A stretch of DNA of 64,000 nt from Desulfobacterales bacterium (GTDB lineage: Bacteria; Desulfobacterota; Desulfobacteria; Desulfobacterales; UBA5852), in contig CAXXVS010000003.1 of assembly GCA_963674755.2 (NCBI GenBank), positions 2,144,001-2,208,000 on the forward strand, read 5' to 3'. A model generated the notes under the pieces. The model did no database searches and had not been told where the DNA came from. It saw nothing but the letters and a program-made list of their open reading frames with translations. The position numbers and the translations under genes are program-made. The first letter of the stretch is position 1; each line of letters starts with the position of its first letter. Positions 1 through 13,837 of this stretch are shown piece by piece.

Positions 1-468
1 AAAGGCGAAAAAGAAAAGGAAGCCCAGGACGCCGGGGCCGATTTTGTCGGCAATGAGGAACTCATCGATAAAATCAAAGAGGGCTGGTTTGGGTTTGACA
101 AAGCCGTTGCCACACCGGATATGATGGGAACTGTCGGTAAAATCGGCAAGCTATTAGGTCCGCGCGGATTGATGCCCAATGCCAAAACCGGTACGGTGAC
201 ATTTGATGTCGCCCGTGCCATCAACGAATTGAAAGCGGGTAAAATCGACTTTCGTGTTGAAAAAGCCGGTATTGTTCATGCTCCGATGGGCAAGGTCTCG
301 TTCGGTGTGGAGAAAATCGTTCAGAATATCACTGCATTTCTCGAAACCATCATGCGCCTCAAACCTTCTTCCAGCAAGGGGACCTATCTCAAAGGGATGG
401 CGATCTCTACCACTATGGGGCCTGGCGTAAAAGTGGACGCCGCCCTCGTGAAGGAGCTGTTGAAGTAA
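1..468 (+). CDS. rplA: 50S ribosomal protein L1 (5' end outside window)
   Basis: Frame +1 open from base 1: [17 protein letters not shown]...[26 protein letters not shown]...STTMGPG. Confidence 0.97.
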   Translation, partial: KGEKEKEAQDAGADFVGNEELIDKIKEGWFGFDKAVATPDMMGTVGKIGKLLGPRGLMPNAKTGTVTFDVARAINELKAGKIDFRVEKAGIVHAPMGKVSFGVEKIVQNITAFLETIMRLKPSSSKGTYLKGMAISTTMGPGVKVDAALVKELLK

Positions 469-592
469 TTGATTAAGGTGTGCGGGTCATTCCATCCTGT
501 TAGGTCTACGCCGGAGGTTAGGGGTGGTTGTCAGGTCGGGATCGTATCCGCACAACGACACAAAGCACATTTCCTGTAAACACAAAATCATC

Positions 593-655
593 CTGTCAAA
601 GACCGTAGGTTCACGATCGGTGTGTTTAATCGGCACGGCCGGCCTACCGAGGCAG
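593..655 (+). promoter_or_regulatory. L10 leader (autoregulatory RNA of rplJL)
   Basis: AAGACCGTAGG...TTTAA...CCTACCGAGG pattern in the rplA-rplJ spacer; ends approximate. Confidence 0.8.
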
Positions 656-721
656 TTGGGTTGTTTCGGATTCGTTTCCTCCGGTTTTGTTTGGATTGCG
701 GAAAGGGGGTGTTGATTACTC

Positions 722-1243
722 GTGAATATTCAGGACAAAAAACAAGTCGTTGAAGACCTGAAAGAAAAGTTTGCAACGACCAAGGTCGTCATCGTTACGG
801 ACTACAAGGGGTTGAATGTCGCCCAGATGACCGAGCTTCGCCGGAAATTGAGCGATGCCAATGTGGAATACAAGGTCGTCAAGAACACCTTGCTGAAACG
901 CGCCTCAGAGGGCACGGACGCCATGTTGCTGGCCGATGTATTTAAAGGGCCCAGCGGCATCGCGTTTTCCTTTGACGATCCGGTCGCGCCGGCCAAAGTT
1001 TTGACCCAGTTTGCCAAAGACAACGATAAACTGGAGATCAAAGCCGGTGTCATGGATGGCAAAATTATGGACTTGGATGCCATTACGGCGTTGTCCAAGC
1101 TGCCGTCCCGAGAGGAGCTGCTGGCACAAGTTCTCTCCGCTATGAACGCGGTCCCGGCGGGCTTTGTACGGGCCTTGGCCGATGTTCCCCGGCGGATGGT
1201 GAATGTGCTGAATGCGATCAAGGATCAAAAAGCAGCGGCCTAG
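722..1243 (+). CDS. rplJ: 50S ribosomal protein L10
   Basis: DYKGLNVAQMTELRR, KVVKNTL, LPSREELLA; GTG start. Confidence 0.97.
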   Translation: MNIQDKKQVVEDLKEKFATTKVVIVTDYKGLNVAQMTELRRKLSDANVEYKVVKNTLLKRASEGTDAMLLADVFKGPSGIAFSFDDPVAPAKVLTQFAKDNDKLEIKAGVMDGKIMDLDAITALSKLPSREELLAQVLSAMNAVPAGFVRALADVPRRMVNVLNAIKDQKAAA

Positions 1244-1314
1244 TTCGTCAGCAACTTTTCTGATGGTCAAACCCATTTGCATGATCTAGAAAAAATTCGG
1301 AGGTAAAACGAAAG

Positions 1315-1698
1315 ATGGCTGAAATCAAAAAAGAAGATGTAATTGACTTTATTGCGAACATGTCGGTCCTGGAGTTATCCGAACTGGTCAAAGAGCTCGA
1401 GGATAAATTCGGGGTATCCGCCGCGGCGCCGGTCGCCATGATGGCCGGTGTACCTGCTGGTGGCGATGCGGGTGCTGCCGAAGAAAAGACGGAATTCGAC
1501 GTTATTATGACCGCCTTCGGCGATAAAAAGATCCAGGTGATCAAAGAGGTGCGCGCTATTACCGGTCTTGGTCTGAAAGAGGCCAAGGAATTGGTGGAAG
1601 GTGTCCCCAAAGCCGTCAAAGAAGGCATCGCCAAGGAAGAAGCAGAAAAAATCAAGGCCCAGCTGGAAGAGGCCGGGGCGCAGGTCGAAATCAAGTAG
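1315..1698 (+). CDS. rplL: 50S ribosomal protein L7/L12
   Basis: [10 protein letters not shown] hinge, [20 protein letters not shown]. Confidence 0.98.
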   Translation: MAEIKKEDVIDFIANMSVLELSELVKELEDKFGVSAAAPVAMMAGVPAGGDAGAAEEKTEFDVIMTAFGDKKIQVIKEVRAITGLGLKEAKELVEGVPKAVKEGIAKEEAEKIKAQLEEAGAQVEIK

Positions 1699-1722
1699 TC
1701 GCGTTAGATGTTTGCATTACGA

Positions 1723-1750
1723 CTCAGGAGGAAGGCGACTTCCTCCTGAG
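1723..1750 (+). promoter_or_regulatory. Perfect 12-bp hairpin with GCGA loop in the rplL-rpoB spacer (possible attenuator or processing site)
   Basis: CTCAGGAGGAAG-GCGA-CTTCCTCCTGAG; no strong U-tract. Confidence 0.55.
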
Positions 1751-1788
1751 AACAATTTCGGCAACCCCCGTCAATGTGTGGAGAAGCC

Positions 1789-4700
1789 ATGTCGGAAAAG
1801 ACTTCGGTTAAACAACGGGTTAGAAAAAATTTTGGCAAAATTCCCCAAATTGTTGAGATACCCGATCTCATCGGTGTGCAAAGGGAATCTTACAGCCGTT
1901 TTCTGCAAATGGATATCCCCCCGGAGGAAAGGGAGGATATCGGCTTGCAATCCGTTTTCAGGTCGGTATTCCCGATCAAAGATTTTACCGGGAGCGCTTC
2001 TCTCGAATTCGTTTCCTATCGATTCGCAGAAGTCAAACATAGTGTCGAGGAATGTATCCACCGCGGGATGACCTATGAGATTCCGCTGCGCATTACGGCA
2101 CGGCTGGTCGTCTATGATATCGATTCGGAGACGGGTGTCGCCAATATCCGGGATATCAAGGAGCAGGAAATCTATTTCGGTACCATTCCGCTGATGACCG
2201 AAAAGGGCACCTTCATCATCAATGGAACGGAGCGCGTTGTCGTCAGTCAGCTGCATCGGTCCTCAGGCGTATTTTTTGATCACGACAAGGGCAAATCCCA
2301 CTCGTCGGGCAAAATTATCTATAGCTCCCGCATCATTCCCGTGCGGGGTTCATGGATCGATCTGGAAATCGATCCCAAGGATATCGTGCACATCCGTATC
2401 GATCGACGGCGCAAGTTCCCGGTGACGATTCTTTTCAAGGCCTTCGGCTACAGCGCCGAGGATCTCCTGAATTACTTCTATCGCACCGATACCTATGTGC
2501 TCAAGGGGAAACGCTTTTTCAAGTTGTTCGATTCTAATTTGCTCCGCGGGCAGCGTGCTTCGCGAGACGTGAAAGACCCGGAGAGCGGTGATATCCTGGT
2601 TAAAAAGGGGCGCATCTTTACCCAACGCGCCCTTCGTCGGTTGAAGGCCACCGATACCAAGGACATCCCCGTCAGCACGGAAGAGGTGCTTGGTAAAGTA
2701 TTTGCCCATACCATCGTCGACCCTAAAAGCGGCGAGGAACTCTTCAAAGCCAATGATGTGATCGACGAAGAGGTTCAGGAGAAATTATCCGAAGCGGGCG
2801 TTAACAGCTTCGAAGTCCTTTTCATCGATGGCGTCACCAGCAGTGATGCGGTTCGCAAAACGCTGCTGCTCGATAAAGTCGAATCCAAAGAAGAGGCTTT
2901 GATTGAAATCTATCGGCGCCTGCGGCCAGGCAATCCGGCCACACCGGAAGTGGCCCAGGATTTCATCGATAATCTCTTTTTTAAATCGACCTATTACGAC
3001 CTGTCCGGTGTCGGGCGCATGAAGATCAACCAACGGCTGGGTATCAACAGCGAGATCAGCCTGAGGATTTTGCGCAAGGAAGACATCCTGCTGACCGCCA
3101 AGACGCTTATCGAACTGCGGGATACCCAGGGCGTTGTGGACGATATCGATCACCTCGGCAACCGGCGCGTCCGGGCCGTGGGCGAGCTGCTGGAAAATCA
3201 GTACCGGATTGGCCTCGTCCGAATGGAACGGGCCATCAAAGAGCGGATGAGCCTCCAGGAAGTCGATGCCTTGATGCCGCACGATCTGGTCAATCCAAAG
3301 CCTGTGTCGGCGGTCGTCAAGGAGTTTTTCGGCACCAGCCAGTTGTCGCAGTTTATGGATCAAACCAATCCGCTTTCCGAAACGACCCACAAACGGCGGC
3401 TGAGCGCCCTCGGGCCGGGCGGTCTGACACGCGAGCGGGCGGGTTTCGAAGTTCGCGACGTCCACCCCTCCCATTATGGACGCATCTGTCCGATTGAAAC
3501 GCCGGAAGGTCCGAATATCGGGTTGATTGTATCCCTTGGTACTTACGCTCGAGTAAACGAGTACGGTTTTATTGAGACGCCTTACAGCGTGGTAAGGGAT
3601 GCGTCCTTGACCGATGAAGTGCGCTTTCTCAGCGCCTTCGAAGAAAAAGAGCATCCCATCGCCCAGGCCAATGCGCCCATGGATGAGAAGAAGCATTACA
3701 TCAATTCGATGGTCACATCGCGTGTGGCCGGTGAGTTCATGATGGTCGAACGGGATCAGATCGAATTAATGGACATTTCGCCGAACCAGCTCGTGAGTGT
3801 TTCGGCCTCGCTGATTCCCTTCCTGGAAAATGACGATGCCAACCGCGCCCTCATGGGGTCGAATATGCAGCGCCAAGCCGTACCCTTGCTGATGAGCGAA
3901 GCCCCGCTCGTCGGCACGGGGATCGAAGGCGTTGTGGCGCGGGATTCAGGCGTAGCCATTGTGGCCAAGCGCGATGGTGTGGTCGTCGACGTCGATGCGG
4001 CCCGTATCGTGATTCGTCACGACATCGCCGAAAACGGCGGTGGCAACGGTCATCCCGTTACTATCTATAATTTGTCCAAATTCGTACGCAGCAACCAGAA
4101 TACCTGCTTCAACCACCGCCCCATCATTTCCAAGGGCGAGCGCATCACGAAAGGCCAGATCATCGCCGACGGCCCGGCCACTGATTGCGGTGAGCTGGCG
4201 TTGGGTAAAAACGTGACGGTCGCCTTCATGCCCTGGGGGGGCTACAATTTTGAAGACTCCATTCTGGTAAGTGAAAGACTGGTGCGCGACGGCGTCTATA
4301 CCTCCATTCATATTGAAGAATTTGAAGTGGTCGCGCGGGATACCAAGCTTGGCAAGGAAGATATCACACGCGACATTCCCAACGTGGGAGATGAAGCTTT
4401 AAAAGATCTGGACGAAAGCGGAATCATCCGATTGGGGGCCGAAGTCGAACCCGGTGATATCTTGGTGGGCAAGATCACCCCCAAAGGTGAAACGCAATTG
4501 TCACCGGAAGAAAAATTGCTGCGCGCGATCTTCGGGGAAAAGGCCGGTGATGTCAAAGACACCTCCCTAAGGGTACCCCCCGGCGTTCAGGGCATTGTGA
4601 TCGATGCCAAGGTTTTTTCGCGTCGGGGCGCCAGCAAGGACGATCGGACGCGGTCCATCGAGGATGAAGAAATCGAACGTCGCGAAAAGGACCGCGATGA

Positions 4701-5889
4701 CGAAATCGCGATCATCGAAACGGCTGCTCGGGACAAGCTGATGCGCATGCTGGTGGACCAGAAAGCCTACTCCTCCATCAAAAAGGGGAAAAAAGTGGTC
4801 GTGGCCAAAAACGCCACCATCACCGAAGATGCCTTACAGGGTATTCCCCTGTCGCAGATTGAGGGCATTGTGCTGAAAGATCCCCAGCAGACCGAAGAAA
4901 TTCACGATATTATCGAAAAATACCAGCAGATGTGCGATGCGGTGCGGGAGCGTTTTGAACAGCAGGTATCCCGTTTCGAGAAGGGGGACGACCTGCCTCC
5001 CGGCGTGATCAAAATGGTCAAGGTTTACGTGGCCATGAAACGCAAGCTGTCCGTCGGAGACAAAATGGCGGGGCGCCACGGCAACAAGGGTGTGGTTTCG
5101 CGAATCCTGCCGGTTGAAGATCTGCCCTATTTCGAAAACGGCAACCCGGTCGATATGGTCCTGAATCCGCTGGGCGTACCATCGCGTATGAACGTCGGGC
5201 AAATCCTTGAAATTCATCTGGGTTTGGCGGCCAAAGGCCTCGGCGATCAGATCAACCTGCTCTTAGAAGAGCGCCAAACCAAAGCCCTGCGGGAAAAACT
5301 CGATAACATCTTCGCCGGTCAGAAAGACGCCCCCGCCATCAAAAAGCTAAGCGATGAAGATGTGAAAACCTTCGCACGCAATTATACCGCCGGGGTTCAC
5401 ATGGCGACCCCGGTCTTCGATGGTGCCAAAGAAGAGGAAATTAAGGCGCTCCTGGAAGAAGCCGGCTACGATCGATTGGCCCAGGCCAAACTGTTCGACG
5501 GACGCACCGGGAAACCGTTCGATGAAAAGATCACGGTGGGCACGATGTATATGCTGAAGCTGCACCATCTGGTCGATGACAAGATTCATGCCCGTTCGAT
5601 CGGTCCCTATTCCCTGGTGACCCAGCAGCCATTAGGCGGCAAGGCCCAGTTTGGCGGCCAGCGGCTGGGAGAAATGGAAGTCTGGGCCATGGAAGCCTAT
5701 GGCGCGGCCTATGCCTTGCAGGAGTTCTTGACGGTCAAATCGGACGACATGGCCGGCCGAACCCGCATGTATGAGAAAATCGTAAAGGGACAAAATGTCC
5801 TCGAGCCGGGTTTGCCTGAATCCTTCCGGGTTATGACCAAGGAGCTTCAGGCATTGGGACTGGATATCCAGTTACTGGAAGGCGAATAA
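1789..5889 (+). CDS. rpoB: RNA polymerase beta subunit
   Basis: [39 protein letters not shown] 1789 follows a GGAGA RBS (ORF track starts 1774). Confidence 0.99.
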   Translation: MSEKTSVKQRVRKNFGKIPQIVEIPDLIGVQRESYSRFLQMDIPPEEREDIGLQSVFRSVFPIKDFTGSASLEFVSYRFAEVKHSVEECIHRGMTYEIPLRITARLVVYDIDSETGVANIRDIKEQEIYFGTIPLMTEKGTFIINGTERVVVSQLHRSSGVFFDHDKGKSHSSGKIIYSSRIIPVRGSWIDLEIDPKDIVHIRIDRRRKFPVTILFKAFGYSAEDLLNYFYRTDTYVLKGKRFFKLFDSNLLRGQRASRDVKDPESGDILVKKGRIFTQRALRRLKATDTKDIPVSTEEVLGKVFAHTIVDPKSGEELFKANDVIDEEVQEKLSEAGVNSFEVLFIDGVTSSDAVRKTLLLDKVESKEEALIEIYRRLRPGNPATPEVAQDFIDNLFFKSTYYDLSGVGRMKINQRLGINSEISLRILRKEDILLTAKTLIELRDTQGVVDDIDHLGNRRVRAVGELLENQYRIGLVRMERAIKERMSLQEVDALMPHDLVNPKPVSAVVKEFFGTSQLSQFMDQTNPLSETTHKRRLSALGPGGLTRERAGFEVRDVHPSHYGRICPIETPEGPNIGLIVSLGTYARVNEYGFIETPYSVVRDASLTDEVRFLSAFEEKEHPIAQANAPMDEKKHYINSMVTSRVAGEFMMVERDQIELMDISPNQLVSVSASLIPFLENDDANRALMGSNMQRQAVPLLMSEAPLVGTGIEGVVARDSGVAIVAKRDGVVVDVDAARIVIRHDIAENGGGNGHPVTIYNLSKFVRSNQNTCFNHRPIISKGERITKGQIIADGPATDCGELALGKNVTVAFMPWGGYNFEDSILVSERLVRDGVYTSIHIEEFEVVARDTKLGKEDITRDIPNVGDEALKDLDESGIIRLGAEVEPGDILVGKITPKGETQLSPEEKLLRAIFGEKAGDVKDTSLRVPPGVQGIVIDAKVFSRRGASKDDRTRSIEDEEIERREKDRDDEIAIIETAARDKLMRMLVDQKAYSSIKKGKKVVVAKNATITEDALQGIPLSQIEGIVLKDPQQTEEIHDIIEKYQQMCDAVRERFEQQVSRFEKGDDLPPGVIKMVKVYVAMKRKLSVGDKMAGRHGNKGVVSRILPVEDLPYFENGNPVDMVLNPLGVPSRMNVGQILEIHLGLAAKGLGDQINLLLEERQTKALREKLDNIFAGQKDAPAIKKLSDEDVKTFARNYTAGVHMATPVFDGAKEEEIKALLEEAGYDRLAQAKLFDGRTGKPFDEKITVGTMYMLKLHHLVDDKIHARSIGPYSLVTQQPLGGKAQFGGQRLGEMEVWAMEAYGAAYALQEFLTVKSDDMAGRTRMYEKIVKGQNVLEPGLPESFRVMTKELQALGLDIQLLEGE

Positions 5890-5903
5890 CTAAGGAGAGT
5901 ACC

Positions 5904-8900
5904 TTGGAAACGTTATACGATTTCTTCGCGAAGCCCACCGATCCGAGACGATACGACGGAATCCGTTTGGCCCTGGCCTCATCGGAGCAAATCCGCAAGT
6001 GGTCCTTTGGGGAGATCAAAAAGCCTGAAACGATCAACTACCGGACCTTTAAACCGGAGCGTGACGGCTTGTTCTGCGCCAAAATTTTTGGCCCCACCAA
6101 GGACTACGAGTGCAACTGCGGTAAGTACAAACGGATGAAACACCGTGGCGTGATCTGTGAAAAATGCGGGGTCGAAGTTATTCAATCCAAAGTCCGACGG
6201 GAACGAATGGCCCATATCGAGCTGGCCACGCCGGTGTCCCATATCTGGTTTCTCAAGAGCCTGCCCAGCAAAATCGGCAACCTCTTGGACCTGACCCTCA
6301 AAAACATGGAGAAGGTACTCTATTTCGATAACTATATCGTCATTGATCCCAAGGACACCCCGCTGACCAGGGGACAGCTGCTGTCGGACGAGAAATACCA
6401 CGAAGCACTCGAGTTGTACGGTAACAAATTCGAAGCCGGTATCGGCGCTGAAGCGGTCAAGATCATGCTCGAAGACATCGATCTTGACACCCTGTACAAC
6501 GAGCTTCGTACGGAAGTACGCGAGACGGGTTCCATTGCCAAACGGCAAAAGTTGGCCAAACGGTTGAAGATTGTCGACGCCTTTCGCCGGTCGGGTGTGG
6601 ATCCCGCCTGGATGATCATGGATGCCGTCCCGGTCCTGCCGCCCGATCTGCGACCCCTGGTGCCGCTTGAGGGGGGGCGTTTCGCCACCTCCGATCTAAA
6701 CGATCTTTACCGCCGCGTGATCAACCGCAACAACCGTTTGAAGCGTTTGATCGATCTCAAAGCCCCGGACATTATCGTTCGCAACGAGAAGCGGATGCTG
6801 CAGGAAGCGGTGGATGTGCTCTTTGACAACGGGCGACACGGGCGTGTGATCACCGGCACCAATAAACGCCCCCTGAAATCGTTGAGTGACACCCTGAAGG
6901 GCAAGCAGGGACGATTCCGTCAAAACCTGCTCGGTAAGCGTGTCGATTATTCCGGACGAACCGTTATTACGGTTGGCCCGGATTTGCGCCTGCATCAATG
7001 CGGTTTGCCGAAGAAGATGGCCCTGGAGCTGTTCAAGCCCTTCATCTACTACCGGCTGGAGCAGAAGGGACTGGTTTCCACCGTCAAGAGCGCCAAAAAA
7101 ATGGTGGAACGCGAAATTCCGGAAGTCTGGGATACCCTGGATGAAGTCGTCAAGGAATATCCCGTCATGCTCAACCGGGCGCCAACCCTTCACCGGTTGG
7201 GGATTCAGGCTTTTGAACCGATTCTGATCGAAGGCAAGGCGATCCAGCTGCACCCCCTGGTCTGCACCGCATTCAACGCGGATTTCGACGGCGACCAGAT
7301 GGCGGTCCATGTGCCGCTGTCGGTCGAAGCCCAGATTGAGGCGCGGGTGTTGATGCTCTCCAGCAACAACATCCTCTCGCCGGCCAACGGCAGCCCGATT
7401 ATTGTCCCCAGCCAGGATATCGTACTGGGGATCTATTACATGACCCGCGGGATCAAAGACCGCAAGGGTGAAGGTCGCATTTTCAGCGGCCCCGAAGAAG
7501 TCCGGATCGCCTACGATGCCGGCGCCGTCGAGCTGCATACACAGATCAAGGTGCGGGTCGGAAGTGAGCGGCTGGACACCACGGTCGGAAGGGTGCTGCT
7601 CTACGAGGTCATGCCCAACGATGTCGTGATGGCATTTCAGCATATCGTGGTAGCCACGGAAGCCGAAGCCGCTTCGCTCACCGAAGCGCTCGAAGCCGGC
7701 ACACCCTTCGAAGACCTCATGGACCGGGACAATGGTGCCGCCGTGGTGATCGACGATGGATTTACGGGCCTGCTCAAGGAAAGCGAGCTCCAGGAAATTT
7801 ACAACCTGGCGGAAGCGGATGCCGAGGCTCTTTTTGGCCTCGATAGCGGCCGCTATGCCGGTCCCGTGGAAGCCGACAAACGGTTCCATTTCTTTGCCGC
7901 CGCCCGACGCGAGGTCGGGGTTCCCTTCAAGGCCGTGAATCAGGTTATGGACAAGAAGGCCCTGCGCGAGCTGGTGGATCTGGTCTATCGCCGGCTGGGG
8001 CCCAAAGCGACGGTCATTTTGTCCGACCGGCTCAAAGACGTCGGCTACCGCTATTCCACCGAAGGCGGTTTGTCCATTTCAATCGACGCCATGATCATCC
8101 CGGAAAAGAAATGGGATATTTTGCAGCAATCGGAAGCGCAAGTCGCCGAAATCGGCCGCCAGTACACCGAGGGTCTGATTACCCAGGGTGAGAAATACAA
8201 TAAGGTCGTCGATATCTGGGCCAAGGCAACCGACGATGTGGCCAACGAAATGATGGAAGCCATGAAAAATGCGCCATCCCCAGGGGGCCACGAGGCTGCC
8301 GGGTTCAATCCCATCTTTATGATGGCGGATTCCGGCGCCCGCGGCAGTAAGGATCAGATGCGTCAGTTGGCCGGCATGCGCGGCCTTATGGCCAAACCTT
8401 CCGGTGAGATCATCGAAACGCCGATCCAGGCCAACTTTCGCGAGGGGCTGTCGGTTTTGCAGTACTTCATCTCAACCCACGGCGCCCGCAAGGGACTTGC
8501 CGATACCGCGCTTAAAACGGCCAATTCCGGGTACCTCACGCGCCGTTTGGCGGATGTGGCCCAGGATTGTGTTATTGCGGAAACCGATTGCGGTACGATG
8601 ATGGGGGTCGAAGTGGAGCCGCTCATGGAAGGCGGGGAAGTCATCCAGCGCCTGGGCGAGCGTATTCTGGGCCGCTACACCATCGAAGACATTGTCGATC
8701 CTTTCACCGATGAAGTCTTGGTCAGGGCCGGTAAAGAGGTGGACGAGGCCGCCGTTCAACGGATTGAGAATTCCGGTGTGACCAGCGTCAAGATTCGATC
8801 CGCCCTGACATGCCGTGCCAAGCACGGGGTTTGTGCTAATTGTTACGGCCGTGATCTGGCCCATGGGCGTCTCGTGGAAATGGGGCAGGCGATCGGCATA

Positions 8901-10265
8901 TTGGCCGCCCAATCGATCGGGGAACCGGGAACTCAGTTGACGATGCGTACCTTCCACATCGGTGGTACGGCCAGCCGACGGGTGGAGCAGGCCGATATCC
9001 GCGCGCGTGTCGAGGGCACCGTAAAGTTTATGGATATCAACGTGGTGGAAAACTCGATCGGCGATCTCATCGTGATGAACCGTCGGGGCGGGGAATTTGC
9101 CATTGTCGGCGAAAACGATCGTGAACGGGAACGTTTCCCTGTCATTTTCGGCGCCCACCTGATGGTCAGGGACGGTGCCCAGGTGAAGGCGGGCGATCTG
9201 CTCGCCCAGTGGGACCCTTTTACCACCCCCATTATCACCGAAGTGAGCGGTACGGCCAAATTCGGTGATATTTTGCCGGGCAAGACCATTCAGGAAAAAG
9301 TCGACCCGGTGACGGGCAAGTCCAGCCATACAATCATTGAATCCAAACTGGCTGACGCCCGCCCCCGTATTTCGATCAAGGACGAATCCGGCAAGACCGC
9401 CAAGTTGTCGTCCAAGTCAGGTCTGGCCCGCTATATCCTGCCGACGGATGCCATTTTGATGGTGGAAGAAGGGGATTCGATCCAGGCCGGTGACATTATT
9501 GCCAAATTGCCCCGGGCGACCACCAAGACCAAGGACATCACGGGGGGTCTGCCCCGGGTCGCTGAATTGTTTGAGGTTCGCAAACCCAAAGACATTGCCG
9601 TCTTGAGCGAAATTGACGGCTATGTATCCATTGCCAAAGGGACCAAGAAGGGGAAACAAAAAATTACGGTTACCCCGGTGGATGTGGGTGAGAAGAAAGA
9701 ATACCTCATCCCCCGCGGCAAGCATATCAACGTGTATGAAGGCGATTATGTGCGCGCCGGCGAACCTTTGATCGGCGGGGCTGCCATTCCCCAGGATTTG
9801 CTGAATATCAAAGGGGAAATTGCCCTGGCGCGCTATCTGGTGGATGAGGTCCAGGAGGTGTACCGCCTGCAGGGCGTGCGTATCAACGACAAGCACATCG
9901 AAGTCATCGTGCGCCAGATGATGCGTCGCGTCAAAGTACATGAGGTGGGTGATACGGAATTCATCACTGAAGAGCAGGTGGACCGCATCGTGTTTGAAGA
10001 GGCGAATCGGGCCGTGATTGAAAAGGGCGGCAAGCCTGCCATGGCCGAGCCGCTGATTTTGGGGATTACCAAAGCGTCGCTCAGCACGGACAGCTTCATT
10101 TCGGCCGCCTCTTTTCAGGAAACCACCAAAGTGCTCACCGACGCCGCCATCGGGGGCACAAAAGATTACTTGCGCGGACTGAAAGAAAATGTCATAATGG
10201 GTCGTTTGATCCCAGCTGGAACGGGATTTCCTATGTACAACGATGTTCACATGGATCAGGGCTGA
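5904..10265 (+). CDS. rpoC: RNA polymerase beta-prime subunit with a ~100-aa parvulin-like insertion
   Basis: [12 protein letters not shown] catalytic motif, zinc-binding cysteines, SI3 insertion in the trigger loop; TTG start. Confidence 0.99.
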   Translation: METLYDFFAKPTDPRRYDGIRLALASSEQIRKWSFGEIKKPETINYRTFKPERDGLFCAKIFGPTKDYECNCGKYKRMKHRGVICEKCGVEVIQSKVRRERMAHIELATPVSHIWFLKSLPSKIGNLLDLTLKNMEKVLYFDNYIVIDPKDTPLTRGQLLSDEKYHEALELYGNKFEAGIGAEAVKIMLEDIDLDTLYNELRTEVRETGSIAKRQKLAKRLKIVDAFRRSGVDPAWMIMDAVPVLPPDLRPLVPLEGGRFATSDLNDLYRRVINRNNRLKRLIDLKAPDIIVRNEKRMLQEAVDVLFDNGRHGRVITGTNKRPLKSLSDTLKGKQGRFRQNLLGKRVDYSGRTVITVGPDLRLHQCGLPKKMALELFKPFIYYRLEQKGLVSTVKSAKKMVEREIPEVWDTLDEVVKEYPVMLNRAPTLHRLGIQAFEPILIEGKAIQLHPLVCTAFNADFDGDQMAVHVPLSVEAQIEARVLMLSSNNILSPANGSPIIVPSQDIVLGIYYMTRGIKDRKGEGRIFSGPEEVRIAYDAGAVELHTQIKVRVGSERLDTTVGRVLLYEVMPNDVVMAFQHIVVATEAEAASLTEALEAGTPFEDLMDRDNGAAVVIDDGFTGLLKESELQEIYNLAEADAEALFGLDSGRYAGPVEADKRFHFFAAARREVGVPFKAVNQVMDKKALRELVDLVYRRLGPKATVILSDRLKDVGYRYSTEGGLSISIDAMIIPEKKWDILQQSEAQVAEIGRQYTEGLITQGEKYNKVVDIWAKATDDVANEMMEAMKNAPSPGGHEAAGFNPIFMMADSGARGSKDQMRQLAGMRGLMAKPSGEIIETPIQANFREGLSVLQYFISTHGARKGLADTALKTANSGYLTRRLADVAQDCVIAETDCGTMMGVEVEPLMEGGEVIQRLGERILGRYTIEDIVDPFTDEVLVRAGKEVDEAAVQRIENSGVTSVKIRSALTCRAKHGVCANCYGRDLAHGRLVEMGQAIGILAAQSIGEPGTQLTMRTFHIGGTASRRVEQADIRARVEGTVKFMDINVVENSIGDLIVMNRRGGEFAIVGENDRERERFPVIFGAHLMVRDGAQVKAGDLLAQWDPFTTPIITEVSGTAKFGDILPGKTIQEKVDPVTGKSSHTIIESKLADARPRISIKDESGKTAKLSSKSGLARYILPTDAILMVEEGDSIQAGDIIAKLPRATTKTKDITGGLPRVAELFEVRKPKDIAVLSEIDGYVSIAKGTKKGKQKITVTPVDVGEKKEYLIPRGKHINVYEGDYVRAGEPLIGGAAIPQDLLNIKGEIALARYLVDEVQEVYRLQGVRINDKHIEVIVRQMMRRVKVHEVGDTEFITEEQVDRIVFEEANRAVIEKGGKPAMAEPLILGITKASLSTDSFISAASFQETTKVLTDAAIGGTKDYLRGLKENVIMGRLIPAGTGFPMYNDVHMDQG

Positions 10266-10480
10266 TCGCAACCGCCTGCCCTGAAAAGGCGCAGGCGGCA
10301 CCTCAGCAGTATGCCACATGTTAACTGAAACGATCCGCTTCGGCGTTCAATCGTTTTAAGAACATAGGGTTTTCATTCCACGGTTGTTGGTGACAAACTG
10401 ACGTAGCGCGTCTTCCCTTAAGGTTGTCAGGATAAGCTGGGCCTTAGAGGGAAGATCCTATGTTTCAAGCCTAAAAATGC

Positions 10481-10510
10481 TTGACATTTATTTGGGGTAT
10501 GTATACATAT
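10481..10510 (+). promoter_or_regulatory. Probable sigma70 promoter of the str operon
   Basis: TTGACA at 10481-10486; AT-rich, non-consensus -10 region containing the palindrome TATGTATACATA. Confidence 0.5.
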
Positions 10511-10567
10511 CGCATTTTTTGCCGTGCTGAAAACTTCGTGTAATTTATATCAACGGATGAGGATAAC

Positions 10568-10939
10568 ATGCCGACCATCAACCAGCTTGTTCGCAAAGGC
10601 CGCAAGAGAATCAAGAAAAAGACCAACACGCCGGCCCTGAAAGGGGCACCGCAGAAACGGGGCGTGTGTACACGTGTTTACACCTCTACCCCTAAAAAGC
10701 CCAACTCGGCGTTGCGCAAGGTGGCGCGTGTTCGGTTGACGACCGGGGTGGAAGTTACGGCGTATATCCCTGGCATCGGGCACAATTTGCAGGAGCATTC
10801 CGTCGTTTTGGTGCGTGGCGGTCGTGTAAAGGATTTGCCGGGCGTGCGCTATCATATCGTCCGTGGCACACTGGACACGCTGGGTGTTGAGGATCGACGG
10901 CAAGGGCGCAGTAAATATGGCGCCAAACGGCCCAAATAA
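10568..10939 (+). CDS. rpsL: 30S ribosomal protein S12
   Basis: [33 protein letters not shown]. Confidence 0.99.
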   Translation: MPTINQLVRKGRKRIKKKTNTPALKGAPQKRGVCTRVYTSTPKKPNSALRKVARVRLTTGVEVTAYIPGIGHNLQEHSVVLVRGGRVKDLPGVRYHIVRGTLDTLGVEDRRQGRSKYGAKRPK

Positions 10940-10955
10940 GCATAGGACCATGTAG

Positions 10956-11468
<513 letters not shown>

Positions 11469-11587
11469 ACTGACCGGCGTGCCCGGATATGGTTTCCCGA
11501 TTAGATTGTTGATGGACCGGTTTCGGCACAACAGCCGCTAAAAGTTGATCAAGAAAAATTAAGACCCGTACCGGGGAGGAAGAGAAG

Positions 11588-12781
<1,194 letters not shown>

Positions 12782-12799
12782 AAGAGAAAGATTGATATC

Positions 12800-13111
12800 A
12801 TGATAATGAATACCAAGATACGGATCCGGTTGAAGGCCTACGATCACATGTTGCTGGATCAGTCTGCTTCGGACATCGTTGATACGGCCAACAAGACCGG
12901 CGCCAAGGTCGTGGGGCCGATTCCGTTGCCGACGCGCATCAACAAGTTTTGTGTGCTGCGTTCGCCGCATATCGACAAGAAGTCGCGCGAACAATTCGAA
13001 ATGCGCACCCATAAACGCCTTCTCGATATACTGGAACCGACCCAGCAGACGGTCGACGCCTTGATGAAGCTCGATCTGTCACCGGGTGTCGATGTTGAAA
13101 TTAAACTCTAG
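12800..13111 (+). CDS. rpsJ: 30S ribosomal protein S10
   Basis: [30 protein letters not shown]. Confidence 0.98.
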   Translation: MIMNTKIRIRLKAYDHMLLDQSASDIVDTANKTGAKVVGPIPLPTRINKFCVLRSPHIDKKSREQFEMRTHKRLLDILEPTQQTVDALMKLDLSPGVDVEIKL

Positions 13112-13132
13112 CACGGAAAAGCGGTTATCGAC

Positions 13133-13756
13133 ATGTGCAAAGGACTGATAGGCAAAAAACTGGGCATGACCAGTCTGTTTACACCGGAGGGATATGCCGT
13201 CCCGGTGACGGTCATTGAACTCGGCCCTTGTGTTGTGACGCAGGTCAAATCGGAGGCCACGGATGGCTACAATGCCATTCAGCTCGGATTCGGAACGAAA
13301 AAGGCCTCACGGATCAACAAGCCCTTGACAGGGCACTACCAGAAAAGTGGCGGGCAGTATGCGGTTCTGAAGGAGTTCCCGGTCGACGAGGCATCGACTT
13401 ACGAGGTGGGGCAGACGGTGGCCCTGGATTTGTTCGAAGTGGGTGAAAAAGTCGATATCGTGGGAACCACCAAGGGACGCGGATTTTCCGGTGTTACCAA
13501 ACGCCATGGTTTTCGGCTGGGTCGTAAAACGCACGGCAGCAAGAGCTATCGGATCCCCGGTTCGGTGGGTTGCAGTGCCTGGCCGGCTAGGATTATCCGT
13601 GGGAAGAAGATGCCGGGACAATACGGCAACCAGCGCCAAACGGCACGTAATCTCGAAATCGTCGATATGCGTCCCGAGGAAAATCTGGTCATGATCAAGG
13701 GGGCTGTCCCGGGGCATCGCAATGCGCTGGTCATGGTGAACAAGCTCAAGTTTTAA
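13133..13756 (+). CDS. rplC: 50S ribosomal protein L3
   Basis: GKKLGMT, DGYNAIQLG, KGAVPG. Confidence 0.98.
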   Translation: MCKGLIGKKLGMTSLFTPEGYAVPVTVIELGPCVVTQVKSEATDGYNAIQLGFGTKKASRINKPLTGHYQKSGGQYAVLKEFPVDEASTYEVGQTVALDLFEVGEKVDIVGTTKGRGFSGVTKRHGFRLGRKTHGSKSYRIPGSVGCSAWPARIIRGKKMPGQYGNQRQTARNLEIVDMRPEENLVMIKGAVPGHRNALVMVNKLKF

Positions 13757-13837
13757 CAGAGGTTATGCTATCCGGCCCGCTGAAGCGCGGTTGTCGGTTC
13801 TTGTTACAGCAACATAAGCAGATACGGAAAAGACGAT

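Noticed and set aside
7620..7916. rpoC insertion as an intein or intron
   Set aside because: No N-terminal Cys/Ser with C-terminal His-Asn splice motif and no endonuclease motifs; the frame is continuous and the pattern fits a parvulin.
8970..9530. Large insertion in the beta-prime trigger loop
   Set aside because: This is the known SI3 insertion found in Proteobacteria and related lineages.
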